The position numbers were made by a program, and so were the translations under genes. From positions 583,506 to 647,505 of the forward strand of contig JBEKRK010000001.1 in the NCBI GenBank assembly GCA_049518795.1: 64,000 nucleotides of DNA, read 5' to 3'. Positions 29,755 to 39,323 of the stretch are shown here, in pieces (positions within the stretch are counted from its first letter, which is position 1; each line of letters starts with the position of its first letter). This DNA is from Sedimentisphaerales bacterium (GTDB lineage Bacteria; Planctomycetota; Phycisphaerae; Sedimentisphaerales; UBA12454). The notes beneath the pieces were generated by a model that saw nothing but the letters and a program-made list of their open reading frames with translations, ran no database searches and was not told where the DNA came from.

Positions 29755-30771
29755 TTAACGAATTATTTCACCTGCCCTGCTTAATAAACCTTCAGGCACA
29801 TTCAGCCCCAGTTTCTGGGCCGCTTTGTAATTGAACTGGAAGAAACCTTCGGATGAGACAACCGGGATTGTGCCAGCTGATATACCTTTTAATATTTTGT
29901 CAGCCAGAAACGCAGCCTGTCTGCCTACAGGAATGTTTTGAGGCGTCAATCCAAAAACAGATTCATATCCTCCCACTGACATTAAGGCGCCGCCAATCGG
30001 AATCTTATGTTCATCCGCAAATTTACCCAGCACCACAAAATTTTCAGGCGTCACACCAAGAGGCTCAACCATTATCAGGATAGCATCTGTGTCATTGACA
30101 CCGACTGATTTAGCCCGCTCCTGCAATTCAGCCTCAAGTTCTGTCGCATTATTGGCGGGAACTTCTAACAGCGTTATACCTGAGGATGCAGCCATCGGGC
30201 GCAATATCTCTAACTGGCTGGCTACAATAGGATAACCTCGCTGATAGGGTAGCCACATTCGCTTGGTCTGCGGCACCAACTCGTGCATAATCTCAAAACG
30301 CTTGGCCGCAAGGTCCGGGCCAGGCCAGCGCACACCGGTGATATTCCCGCCCGGATGGCGCACAGTCTCGATCAGATTGGTACCCTCTATATTCGCAATC
30401 GCAAAAACCACTGGGATGTCTGTTCCTTGTGTGGCCGCCTTTGCCTCCTGGGACGCCTCGGTGGGAAACACAAAAATTAAATCAACCTTATCAGCCACAA
30501 ATTTCTTGAGGATGTTCTTGTAGGCAACCAAGTCAATGTTTGTTTTCTGCAGGTCATAGACGACATTTTTGCCCTTGACATAGCCTAACTCGGTCATCCT
30601 GGCTTTGAAGCCGTCCGCTGCACTGGCAAAAAAATCCAGGCCGGACAGAATGCCCACCCGATATACCTTCTGCTGCGGCGCTTTTTTACCACAACTGTTC
30701 AGAAACACACAAAACACAACTAAAAAGGTTGCAAACAGCGTGAGCCATTTGAAACAAATTTTCCTGCACAT
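29755..30771 (-). CDS. ABC_sub_bind (COG2984/TrpX-like) periplasmic binding lipoprotein 1
   Basis: Lipobox FLNSC; VDLIFVFPT, PVVFA, HPGGNITGV and NYKAAQKLGLNVP. Confidence 0.88.
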   Translation of the reverse strand: MCRKICFKWLTLFATFLVVFCVFLNSCGKKAPQQKVYRVGILSGLDFFASAADGFKARMTELGYVKGKNVVYDLQKTNIDLVAYKNILKKFVADKVDLIFVFPTEASQEAKAATQGTDIPVVFAIANIEGTNLIETVRHPGGNITGVRWPGPDLAAKRFEIMHELVPQTKRMWLPYQRGYPIVASQLEILRPMAASSGITLLEVPANNATELEAELQERAKSVGVNDTDAILIMVEPLGVTPENFVVLGKFADEHKIPIGGALMSVGGYESVFGLTPQNIPVGRQAAFLADKILKGISAGTIPVVSSEGFFQFNYKAAQKLGLNVPEGLLSRAGEIIR

Positions 30772-30801
30772 AATTATCTATTACCTTTCTTTCAATAACG
30801 T

Positions 30802-31809
30802 CTAACGAATTATTTCATCTGCCTTGCTTAATAAACCTTCAGGAACATTCAATCCCAGTTCCTGAATTACCTTGTAGTTCAGCCGCAGATGAGCTTCAGG
30901 TGTAACCACCGGGATTGTACCGGCAGGCATACCCTTGAGAATTTTGTCAACCAGAGACGCCGCCAGCTTACCCTGTTCAACATTGTCAGGAACAAAACTA
31001 AACATAGCCCCCAAGTCCGCGGTAAAGTCCATTCCGCCGCCGATTGGGATTTTGTGCTTGGCCGCAAAATCGTGAATTGCCCCAAAACCGTCAGGTGAAT
31101 TATTAAGAATATCCGGCATAATCAATATTGCATCAATACCTATATCGTTTGCTTCGTCACGTTTTTTCAAAGCCGCACGAAGCTCATCCAAATTATTTAC
31201 AGGCTCTTCCACCAGCGTGATATTCGCAGCCGAGGCCGCTGAATGCAATCCCTCAAGTGCGCTTGACGCATTAGGATAATTCCGGTCGTATGCCAATAAA
31301 ACTCGTTTTGTTTGAGGCACCAGCTCACACAAGAACTCAAAACGCTTAACCGTCAACTCCGGCCCAGGAAAGCGAACACCGGTAATATTTCCACCCGGCT
31401 GGCGCACGGTATTTATGAGGTTATTTCCTTCTATTCCGGCCATAGCAAAAACTACTGGAATATTAGTCCCCTCAGCAATTGCCTTGGCTGTTACGGCCGT
31501 CTCGGTTGGAAATGCGAAAATTAAATCAACTTTATCTTTAACAAATTCCTTAACGACTCGTTTTTCCTCCTCAGGGTTTGCGTTCACTTTCTGAAAGTCA
31601 TAAACAATGTTTTTACCCTCTATATAGCCTAATTCAGCCATTTTGGTTTTGAGGCCGTCTGCTATATTGGCAAAAGGTTCTGCTCCGGATACGATGCCCA
31701 CGTGACAAATTTTCGGCCTTTTGCTGCAGTTAGTCAAAAATATACAAGACATAATTAACATTGTCAGGGATACTATTTGCAAAAATTTAATTTTTTTGCA
31801 TATCTTCAT
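30802..31809 (-). CDS. ABC_sub_bind periplasmic binding lipoprotein 2
   Basis: Lipobox-like FLTNC; VDLIFAFPT, QPGGNITGV and LNYKVIQELGLNVP. Confidence 0.88.
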   Translation of the reverse strand: MKICKKIKFLQIVSLTMLIMSCIFLTNCSKRPKICHVGIVSGAEPFANIADGLKTKMAELGYIEGKNIVYDFQKVNANPEEEKRVVKEFVKDKVDLIFAFPTETAVTAKAIAEGTNIPVVFAMAGIEGNNLINTVRQPGGNITGVRFPGPELTVKRFEFLCELVPQTKRVLLAYDRNYPNASSALEGLHSAASAANITLVEEPVNNLDELRAALKKRDEANDIGIDAILIMPDILNNSPDGFGAIHDFAAKHKIPIGGGMDFTADLGAMFSFVPDNVEQGKLAASLVDKILKGMPAGTIPVVTPEAHLRLNYKVIQELGLNVPEGLLSKADEIIR

Positions 31810-31824
31810 CTTAATGTCTTTCTT

Positions 31825-32823
31825 TTAACGAATAATTTCATCTGCCCTGCTTAATAAGCCTTCAGGCACATTCAGTCCCAGTTTCTGGGCCGCTTTGTAA
31901 TTGAACTGGAAGAAACCTTCGGATGAGACAACAGGAATTGTGCCTGCCGGAATACCTTTCAGGATTTTGTCAGCAAGAATCGCAGCCTGCCTGCCTGTGC
32001 TGTCAAGATTAACATTTATGCCAAAAACAGAGTCATAACCATCTACCGACATTAAGGCGCCGCCGACGAGAATTTTATGTTCAGCGGCAAATTTACCGAA
32101 CACCGCAAAAGCGTCAGCTGTCACGCCAAGAGGTTCGGCAATTATCAGCATAGCATCTATACCGATGTCAGCCGATTTAGCTCTTGCCTGCAAATCAGCC
32201 TGAACTTCTGCTGCATTGGAGGCGGGGCATTCTACCAAAGTTACACCTGCAGCCTCGGCCATCGGATACAACACTCTCAACTGGCTGGATACAATAGGGT
32301 AACCTCGCTGATAGGGTATCCATATTCGCTTAATCTGCGGTGCTAACTCACGCATAATCTCAAATCGCTTGGCCGCAAGGTCGGGGCCGGGGTAACGAAC
32401 GCCGGTGATATTGCCGCCCGGCCGGCGAATACTCTCAACCAGATTAGTGTCTTCTATGTTGGCAAAAGCAAAAAGCACAGGAATGTTTGTCCCCTGCGCG
32501 GCCTTCTTGGCAGCCATTGATACCTCGGTGGGAAACGTAAAAATAAGGTCAACTTTGTCTTTTACGAATTGCTTAAGGATTTGTTCTTCCCTGGCAGGTT
32601 CAAAGTTCGTCCTCTGTATGTCATAAACGATGTTTTTCCCCTCAATGTAACTTAAGTCGGTCATCCTGGCTTTGAAACTATCCGGTATAGCGGCAATATA
32701 ATCCAGCCCGCATAGAATACCCACTCGATATACCTTCTGCTGTGTCGCTTTTTTGCCGCAGCTGCTTAAAAGCAGACAAAATATAATTAAATAGAACGCA
32801 ATATTTTTTATTTTTGTTTTCAT
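31825..32823 (-). CDS. ABC_sub_bind periplasmic binding lipoprotein 3
   Basis: Lipobox LLSSC; VDLIFTFPT, RPGGNITGV and NYKAAQKLGLNVP. Confidence 0.88.
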   Translation of the reverse strand: MKTKIKNIAFYLIIFCLLLSSCGKKATQQKVYRVGILCGLDYIAAIPDSFKARMTDLSYIEGKNIVYDIQRTNFEPAREEQILKQFVKDKVDLIFTFPTEVSMAAKKAAQGTNIPVLFAFANIEDTNLVESIRRPGGNITGVRYPGPDLAAKRFEIMRELAPQIKRIWIPYQRGYPIVSSQLRVLYPMAEAAGVTLVECPASNAAEVQADLQARAKSADIGIDAMLIIAEPLGVTADAFAVFGKFAAEHKILVGGALMSVDGYDSVFGINVNLDSTGRQAAILADKILKGIPAGTIPVVSSEGFFQFNYKAAQKLGLNVPEGLLSRADEIIR

Positions 32824-32835
32824 AACGGTATTCCC

Positions 32836-34269
32836 TTAAAAGGTATATTCGATTGAAATTTGACTAAAATAAGCCGGGTCTCTGTCCGGTTCGGCATAAT
32901 AATTGCCCGGCACAAAATATTCGAACTGATAATAAGCTAAAAGATTCTTTGTAACGTTATATTTAAGTAATAACGAGAATAATTGGCCTCTGAATTTTCC
33001 GCCGCTCGACCAGCTCGGCCCGCCTGGATTAGTGGTTCCGCCAAGAGGATTTTCATTGGCAAACAGCAGGTGATAATCTGTGCTAATCTGGATTTTATCG
33101 GTGGGACAGAAAGAATGGCCCAGATTCAATCTTGCAAGGTTTGTGCTTGCCCCGGGTCCATTCTCATACCAATAAGCATAAGTATTTATCACACTCCATT
33201 GCGGCCACTTCCCCCAGAGGTTATCGAACCCTTCGTTTCTGCCTGAGCCGGGCTTGTCTCCGGAAAGGTATTCGAAAGTTCCGTGAAGCACATTTTTGTA
33301 TTTATCGTTGAAATGATATTCAAGCGTGTCTATGGTTCCGAACGCCCGCAGGCTGTGGCCATCTTTATTGCCGGTCTGCACTGCGCCTTCGGCCCTGTAT
33401 TTCCAGTGCTCGCTCTTGAAAAGCGGGCCTGAAAGTGCCCCGCCTAATGTATAAATTTCATCTCCTACGGAACCAGATGCGACAGGAGTATCGTGTTTAT
33501 AAATAAAATAACCTTCGAGCTGCAGATTGGGACGGGATTTATCCGTATAATAAACTATTGCTCCTGTCTGGTCTGTATTATTTACAAGTTTATGTCCATC
33601 TGAAAACGGCCTTAGCCACGCCGAAGAATCGGCCTTCTGGTCTATAAAAATCAAATCGAGCGTTTTATCTTTTTGCAATTCATAGGTAAAACGCAGTGCG
33701 TCGAAAAATATTGTTCTTCCTTCGTCATTATTTGTTCCTTCAAGAACAAGCCAGCCTGTTCCGAAGATGATGTCCTGGCGGCCCACAACCATCGTCAGGG
33801 GCATACCGCCGAGATTTCGGACGGTAAGATTAAACCTGTCCCAAACGATTTCATCGAAATCAACCTCTTTTTGGCGGCTGTCAGGCCCATCCCAGGTTCT
33901 GAATTCCCAAACCCATCTGTGATTAAATTCGATGTCATCTGTGATTTTCGTTTTGGTTCCCCATCTGAACCTGTTTAGAGTGTAATTCCAATTGCTCAAT
34001 CCTGAATCGTCGTTGAACCTGTCAATGTTCCATGCGTTGAACCACTGCCATTTCAAGTCAGCCTCCATACTAAGCCAGGGAGTCGGATTATGGAACCAGT
34101 CGATAAATTTATCCATTCCATTTTTATTTTCTCCGGCGGGCTGAGACGATATTAACTGTTCTACTTTTTGTGATGCCTGCTGTGTAGCTTCCTGAGCAGC
34201 AGCAATTGCCGCAAAAAGTATCACAGCCGATGCAATAAACACATAAATTTTCGGCATATTATGCACCAT
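32836..34269 (-). CDS. Alginate-export (AlgE-like) outer-membrane beta-barrel porin
   Basis: Signal peptide, alternating beta-strand pattern, VGRQDIIFGTGWLV, FEYLSGD and terminal Phe (IEYTF). Confidence 0.75.
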   Translation of the reverse strand: MVHNMPKIYVFIASAVILFAAIAAAQEATQQASQKVEQLISSQPAGENKNGMDKFIDWFHNPTPWLSMEADLKWQWFNAWNIDRFNDDSGLSNWNYTLNRFRWGTKTKITDDIEFNHRWVWEFRTWDGPDSRQKEVDFDEIVWDRFNLTVRNLGGMPLTMVVGRQDIIFGTGWLVLEGTNNDEGRTIFFDALRFTYELQKDKTLDLIFIDQKADSSAWLRPFSDGHKLVNNTDQTGAIVYYTDKSRPNLQLEGYFIYKHDTPVASGSVGDEIYTLGGALSGPLFKSEHWKYRAEGAVQTGNKDGHSLRAFGTIDTLEYHFNDKYKNVLHGTFEYLSGDKPGSGRNEGFDNLWGKWPQWSVINTYAYWYENGPGASTNLARLNLGHSFCPTDKIQISTDYHLLFANENPLGGTTNPGGPSWSSGGKFRGQLFSLLLKYNVTKNLLAYYQFEYFVPGNYYAEPDRDPAYFSQISIEYTF

Positions 34270-34449
34270 TGTTTCTCCTATTTTTTAATCCGTTAAAATA
34301 GGATGCTTTTTGCGCAAATCTACTTGCATACATTCTTTAGGAATAATCGACATAAATAAAATGGGGATTGATTCAACAGTATCTATACACACAAAAACAA
34401 TTGGAATTGAAGCCAGATTAAATATTATCGGTCGTTTTTGACGGTCAAT

Positions 34450-37400
34450 TTATGAACTATATGAAGTTTGAACTATATTCTTATCAGCTGTTACTGCTTT
34501 AGTTTCCGGTATTGTGAACCAGAACGTAGAGCCTTTATCCGGCTGAGATTCGACACCGATTTTTCCGCCGTGACGCTCCACTATTTTCTTGCATACTGCA
34601 AGACCAATGCCTGTTCCCTCATATTCATCACGCGAATGCAGGCGTTTGAACATTGTAAATATCGCACCCTGAAATTCCGGCTTAATACCTATACCATTAT
34701 CTGTAACTTCTATCCTGACCATACCATCAGACGCGGGCTTGCTTGTTATGATTATACGTGGAATATTGCCCTTCTTCTGATACTTGACGCCGTTTGCGAT
34801 AAGGTTCTGCATAAGCTGTCTAATCTGGGCAGGGTCAGCCTCAACACAGGGCAGCGATTGTGACTCGATAGTTACCTGTTTCTCTTCAATCAGCACGGCA
34901 AGTTCGAGCTGCTGCAGTTGTGTGACTATCTCATTAAGATCGACACCTTGCGAAGGGTGCGCCTGTGTGCTTACTCTCGAATAAACAAGAAGTCCTTCTA
35001 TCATCTTTGTCATTCGCTGCGCGCCATCTATCATAAACTTAAGATTTTCAGCATCATCACCTGCAAGTTTGCCTTTGAGCGAGCTTCCCAGCATAGCGCC
35101 AAAAGCGGTAATCTTCCGCAATGGCTCACGCAAATCATGCGATGCTATATAGACAAAATTCTTCATCTCCTTATTGGTCTCTTCAAGCTCTGCTACGGTG
35201 TTCCGCATCTCTTCGTTGAGTTTTTTCAGTTTCTCCTCTGCCTTCTTGCGATCGGTGACGTTGCGGAATATCCCCATCACATATTCGGTTTGGTTGATAG
35301 TCACCGTACTTGCGTTTATGCTCACGGATATTACCTGGCCGTCCTTCCTTACGCACGGCAGGTCCGCGGTTATCTTGGTCCCTGAGGCTTGAGCCTCGAA
35401 CTCGGCGATCACCTGCTCGAGCGCCTCTTTCGGGTGGATATCGGCCACGCTCATCCGCGTAAGTTCCTCCTCGCTGTAGCCCAGCATCCTGCATATCGCC
35501 GGGTTGGCGTATCTGAACTTCTTTGTCGTGACATCGGCTATGAGTATCCCATCAATGTTCGCCTTAAACAGACTCTTGTATCGCTCCTCGCTCTCCCGCA
35601 GCGCCTCTTCCGCCCGCTTGCGCTCGGTGATGTCCTGGCCTTGGGCAATGATGGCCACAGCAGTTTTGCCGTCTGGCGCGAAGATCGTGGCAGAGTTCCA
35701 GAGGACGGTACTGACAGAGCCGTCGATATGCAGGATGCTGATCTCTACGGCCTTCCATCGTTCGCCGGTCAGTGTCTTCCGGATGATATTCATCGTGTTT
35801 TCCACGAGGGCCGGCGGGAAGAGAAGATCGAGAGGCTTGCCGATAACATCGCCGGCCTTTCTTCCGGTGAGGGACTCGAAGGCATGGTTGAACTGGCTGA
35901 TCCGGAATTGCGGATCCCAGACGATAATGGGGGCATTCGCATAGGTGATGAGGTTCTGGAGGTACGCGGTGGTCTCCCGCAATGCCTCCTCCGCCTGCTT
36001 GCGCTCAGTGATGTCGCGGAATATCCCCATCATACATTCGGTTTGGCCTATTGTCATCGTACCTGCGTTTATGCTCACGAATATCACCTGGCCGTCCTTC
36101 CTTACGCACGGCAAGTCCTTTGAGGTTATCTTGGCCCCGGAAACTCGGGCTTCGAAATCGGCGGACGCCTGCTCGAGCGACTCTTTCGGGTGGATGTCGG
36201 CCAAGCCCAACCGCGTAAATTCCTCCTCGCTGTAGCCCAGCATCCTGCACATCGCCGGGTTGGCGTACCTGAACTTCTTTGTCGTGGGATCGGCTATGAG
36301 TATCCCGTCAATGTTCGCCTTAAACAGACTCTTGTATCGCTCCTCGCTCTCCCGCAGCGCCTCTTCCGCTCTCTTGCTCTCGGTGATGTCGCGGAAAATT
36401 CCCATCGTTCCTGCTGGATTGTCTTTGTCATCTTTAACAATAGAGACAGTTAATAAAACAGTAAATTTTTCCTTATTTTTCCTAATACAGATTGTTTCTC
36501 CCGACCATTTGCCTTTATTTTTTACCTCCTCTACAATATTATTTGCATCTTTTGGATCTGCTGTAAATTGAGATACTTTTAATTTTAGTATCTCCTCGTG
36601 CGAATAACCAAAGACCTTAATAGAAGACTCATTGGCATTAGTAACATTGCCGTTTATATCAGTCAGTATAAAGCTATCGTAAGCATTTTGAACAGCGTTT
36701 GAGAATATTTTTATCTTCTCCTCCGTCTCCTTGCGCTCGGTGATGTCTATAAATATACCGTTTGCATATTTTATGCCGTTCTCTTCATAAACCGACATTG
36801 CTCTATCGCGCAGCCAAATCCACTTTCCATCTTTTCTCTTGATCCGATATTCAATGTCAAACAAATCTTCTTTTTCGAATAATGCTGTAAAACTCTTTTT
36901 CGTCCTTTCTATGTCATCAGGATGAATCCTGCCAAACCAAATTTCATTTCCGCCTTCAAATATTTCCTCAGGCGTATATCCATAAATTTTCTTTACATTT
37001 TGACTTATAAAGACGGTTCTGCCCTTTAGGTCAGTCGTCCAAACCACATCTGGAATATTTTGCACCAAGGAACGATATTTTCCCTCTGATTCTTTTAAGA
37101 TCGCCTCCATCTTCTTGCGTTCGGTGATGTCCCAGAAAATGCCTAATATTCCTATGACGTTTCCTTGCTCATCTTTGATAGGTGTCTTGACTGTTTGGAC
37201 AATAAATTCCTTTCCTTCCCGAATATATTTCTCCTCGACTTCTTCTGCTTTTCCGGATTCCATAATTCTTTTGTCGTCAGCTTTGTATTTCTCAGCCAAT
37301 TCCGTTGGGTAAAATTCGTAGTCTGTTTTTCCAACGATTTCCTCGGCCTTAATCTTTAAAGCTCTGGCGTAATTCTCATTGCAGGAAAGGTAAACAGAGT

Positions 37401-37485
37401 TTCCATCTTTAAGAAATATGTTCTGAGGCAGGTTATCAAGTAGCGTTCTGTATATATTTTCATCACCCCGCAACTTCTGTATCAT
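34450..37485 (-). CDS. Cytoplasmic multi-PAS sensor histidine kinase
   Basis: About six PAS/PAC units ending in DIT(E/D)R-like motifs, then the same [11 protein letters not shown]...GTGIGLA core as 27406-29739. Confidence 0.93.
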   Translation of the reverse strand: MIQKLRGDENIYRTLLDNLPQNIFLKDGNSVYLSCNENYARALKIKAEEIVGKTDYEFYPTELAEKYKADDKRIMESGKAEEVEEKYIREGKEFIVQTVKTPIKDEQGNVIGILGIFWDITERKKMEAILKESEGKYRSLVQNIPDVVWTTDLKGRTVFISQNVKKIYGYTPEEIFEGGNEIWFGRIHPDDIERTKKSFTALFEKEDLFDIEYRIKRKDGKWIWLRDRAMSVYEENGIKYANGIFIDITERKETEEKIKIFSNAVQNAYDSFILTDINGNVTNANESSIKVFGYSHEEILKLKVSQFTADPKDANNIVEEVKNKGKWSGETICIRKNKEKFTVLLTVSIVKDDKDNPAGTMGIFRDITESKRAEEALRESEERYKSLFKANIDGILIADPTTKKFRYANPAMCRMLGYSEEEFTRLGLADIHPKESLEQASADFEARVSGAKITSKDLPCVRKDGQVIFVSINAGTMTIGQTECMMGIFRDITERKQAEEALRETTAYLQNLITYANAPIIVWDPQFRISQFNHAFESLTGRKAGDVIGKPLDLLFPPALVENTMNIIRKTLTGERWKAVEISILHIDGSVSTVLWNSATIFAPDGKTAVAIIAQGQDITERKRAEEALRESEERYKSLFKANIDGILIADVTTKKFRYANPAICRMLGYSEEELTRMSVADIHPKEALEQVIAEFEAQASGTKITADLPCVRKDGQVISVSINASTVTINQTEYVMGIFRNVTDRKKAEEKLKKLNEEMRNTVAELEETNKEMKNFVYIASHDLREPLRKITAFGAMLGSSLKGKLAGDDAENLKFMIDGAQRMTKMIEGLLVYSRVSTQAHPSQGVDLNEIVTQLQQLELAVLIEEKQVTIESQSLPCVEADPAQIRQLMQNLIANGVKYQKKGNIPRIIITSKPASDGMVRIEVTDNGIGIKPEFQGAIFTMFKRLHSRDEYEGTGIGLAVCKKIVERHGGKIGVESQPDKGSTFWFTIPETKAVTADKNIVQTSYSS
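34511..35202. repeat. 692-bp near-identical duplicated kinase core, copy 2
   Basis: Matches 27488-28179 at an offset of 7023. Confidence 0.95.
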
Positions 37486-37728
37486 TTTAATTCCCTTTAA
37501 TCATTAAACTCATTCATGAATTCCACTTGGAAGCAGCTCTCTCGACTGTATCTATGAAAATCGGCAGAAATAAGTCGGTAATTGAAGAAATAGTACTTTT
37601 TCAAAAAAAATGACCCGAAATCGACATCCGTCAAATAATTATCGGTCGTTAGCAAACGTGTTTACAAAGATGGGATTTTTTTGCACAAACCTCTTGCCAG
37701 ATTGATTTGCCGGATTATATTGGAATCT

Positions 37729-38874
37729 ATGCTTACCACTGCAAAACCAGACACGTTTGAAAAGCTCGAAATTCTAAGCCGTGATTCGCAGTATGACCTT
37801 ACCTGCGCCTGCGGCACCGATAAATCCGGACATCGGACACGGGGAAACAACGGCAAATGGATTTATCCGGTAACTCTTCCCAACGGCGGCAGCACTATTC
37901 TGTTCAAAACGCTTATTTCAAATGTCTGTTCGAGCGATTGCAAATACTGTCCCCTTCGACAGGATGCCGACGTTTCGCGATGCACGCTTAATTGTGAAGA
38001 AACTGTCAGGACATTTATGGATTATTACAACAGAGGCGAGGTCTTCGGCCTGTTTCTTTCCAGCAGCGTCCTCGGCTCGGCTGATGCAACAATGGAAAAA
38101 TTGATTGCTCCCGCTGAAGTCCTTCGTAAAAAGTATGGATTCAGGGGCTATATTCACCTGAAAGTCCTGCCAGGCTCAAGCCCTGCCGCTATAGAAAAAG
38201 CAGTTTCAGTTGCCAATGCCGTTTCGCTGAATATCGAAACGCCGGGAAAGGAATTTCTCAAAAAATTGTCGAATAAAAAAGATTTTTTAAAGGATATTGT
38301 CGAGCCTATGAAACTTATCAGCCGGCTTACCAGCCAGAGTTGCCGAAGAGTTAAACAAACCACCCAGTTTATCGTTGGTGCCGCCAGCGAAACCGACAGG
38401 CAAATTGTCGATTACACAGCCGCACTTTATAACAGGCTCAACCTAAGCAGGGTTTATTTTTCAGCCTACCAGCACCCCAATCCGGAAGTAAACATCGATT
38501 CCCAGCAATCATTTATTCGGGAACACAGGTTATATCAGGTTGATTTTCTGCTCCGTAAATATGGATTTGAGCAGTCTGATATTGTATGCGACAGTTTAGG
38601 TCTCCTTTCAACAGAAAAAGACCCAAAAGAAGTCTGGGCTATAAATCATCCGGAATGTTTCCCTATAAGTGTAAACACAGCAACTAAATACAAGCTGTTA
38701 CGCGTGCCGGGGCTTGGCCCTAAAGCAGTTGAAACTATACTAAATAAGAGAAAATTAGCAAAAATTAATTCAATTGACGATATTGATAAAGTAACGAAAA
38801 ACCTGCTAAAAGCCGTAAAATACCTCGATTTTGGCGGCATCACTAAAAATAAGAGATATTTGTTCAATTTTTAA
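37729..38874 (+). CDS. Putative DNA modification/repair radical SAM protein with HhH motif (TIGR03916-like)
   Basis: NVCSSDCKYC (CX3CX2C), GLFLSSSV, GYIHLKVLPG, RVYFSAY, REHRLYQVDFLLRKYGF and LLRVPGLG. Likely ATG at 37729 (track start TTG 37681). Confidence 0.88.
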   Translation: MLTTAKPDTFEKLEILSRDSQYDLTCACGTDKSGHRTRGNNGKWIYPVTLPNGGSTILFKTLISNVCSSDCKYCPLRQDADVSRCTLNCEETVRTFMDYYNRGEVFGLFLSSSVLGSADATMEKLIAPAEVLRKKYGFRGYIHLKVLPGSSPAAIEKAVSVANAVSLNIETPGKEFLKKLSNKKDFLKDIVEPMKLISRLTSQSCRRVKQTTQFIVGAASETDRQIVDYTAALYNRLNLSRVYFSAYQHPNPEVNIDSQQSFIREHRLYQVDFLLRKYGFEQSDIVCDSLGLLSTEKDPKEVWAINHPECFPISVNTATKYKLLRVPGLGPKAVETILNKRKLAKINSIDDIDKVTKNLLKAVKYLDFGGITKNKRYLFNF

Positions 38875-38961
38875 CTTGAAAAAAGCCGCCAAACTCATAT
38901 TATTTGGGTCTTTGTTTTCCAGTATAAATCGTATTTTAGACAAGAAAGGTATTGTTATTTT

Positions 38962-39150
38962 ATGATTAAGGTTAAAGCCCGTCTCGGCGAATCAGTCGAA
39001 CAGATGGTCAAACGCTTCAAGAAAATGTGCGAAAAGGAAGGCGTTATTCGCGATATGAAGCGCGTCAGCTATTATGAAAAGCCATCTGAAAGGAACCGCC
39101 GAAGAAGGCGAAAGGCAGCAAGGTCAGCAAAATTCTCAACAAGATACTAA
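38962..39150 (+). CDS. rpsU: 30S ribosomal protein S21
   Basis: RFKKMCEKEGVIRDMKRVSYYEKPSERNRRR. Confidence 0.95.
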   Translation: MIKVKARLGESVEQMVKRFKKMCEKEGVIRDMKRVSYYEKPSERNRRRRRKAARSAKFSTRY

Positions 39151-39175
39151 AAAAATCAGTTTTTGCAAAAATTAC

Positions 39176-39207
39176 AAAACCGGGTGCATTTTCACCCGGT
39201 TTTTTTT
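39176..39207 (+). terminator. Intrinsic terminator after rpsU
   Basis: AAAACCGGGTG / CACCCGGTTTT stem, 6-nt loop, T-run. Confidence 0.85.
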
Positions 39208-39217
39208 ATGCCCGTTG

Positions 39218-39246
39218 TTGACAAACATCTTTCCGGTCAATATTAT
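39218..39246 (+). promoter_or_regulatory. Sigma70 promoter for kdsB-pyrG
   Basis: TTGACA (39218-23), 17 nt, TATTAT (39241-46). Confidence 0.65.
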
Positions 39247-39323
39247 GAACGGGCAGTGGTTTGGAAATTAAAAATAATTTTAAACTTGTCCCCGCGAAGG
39301 CGGGGAATCGCTGCGGTAAATTT

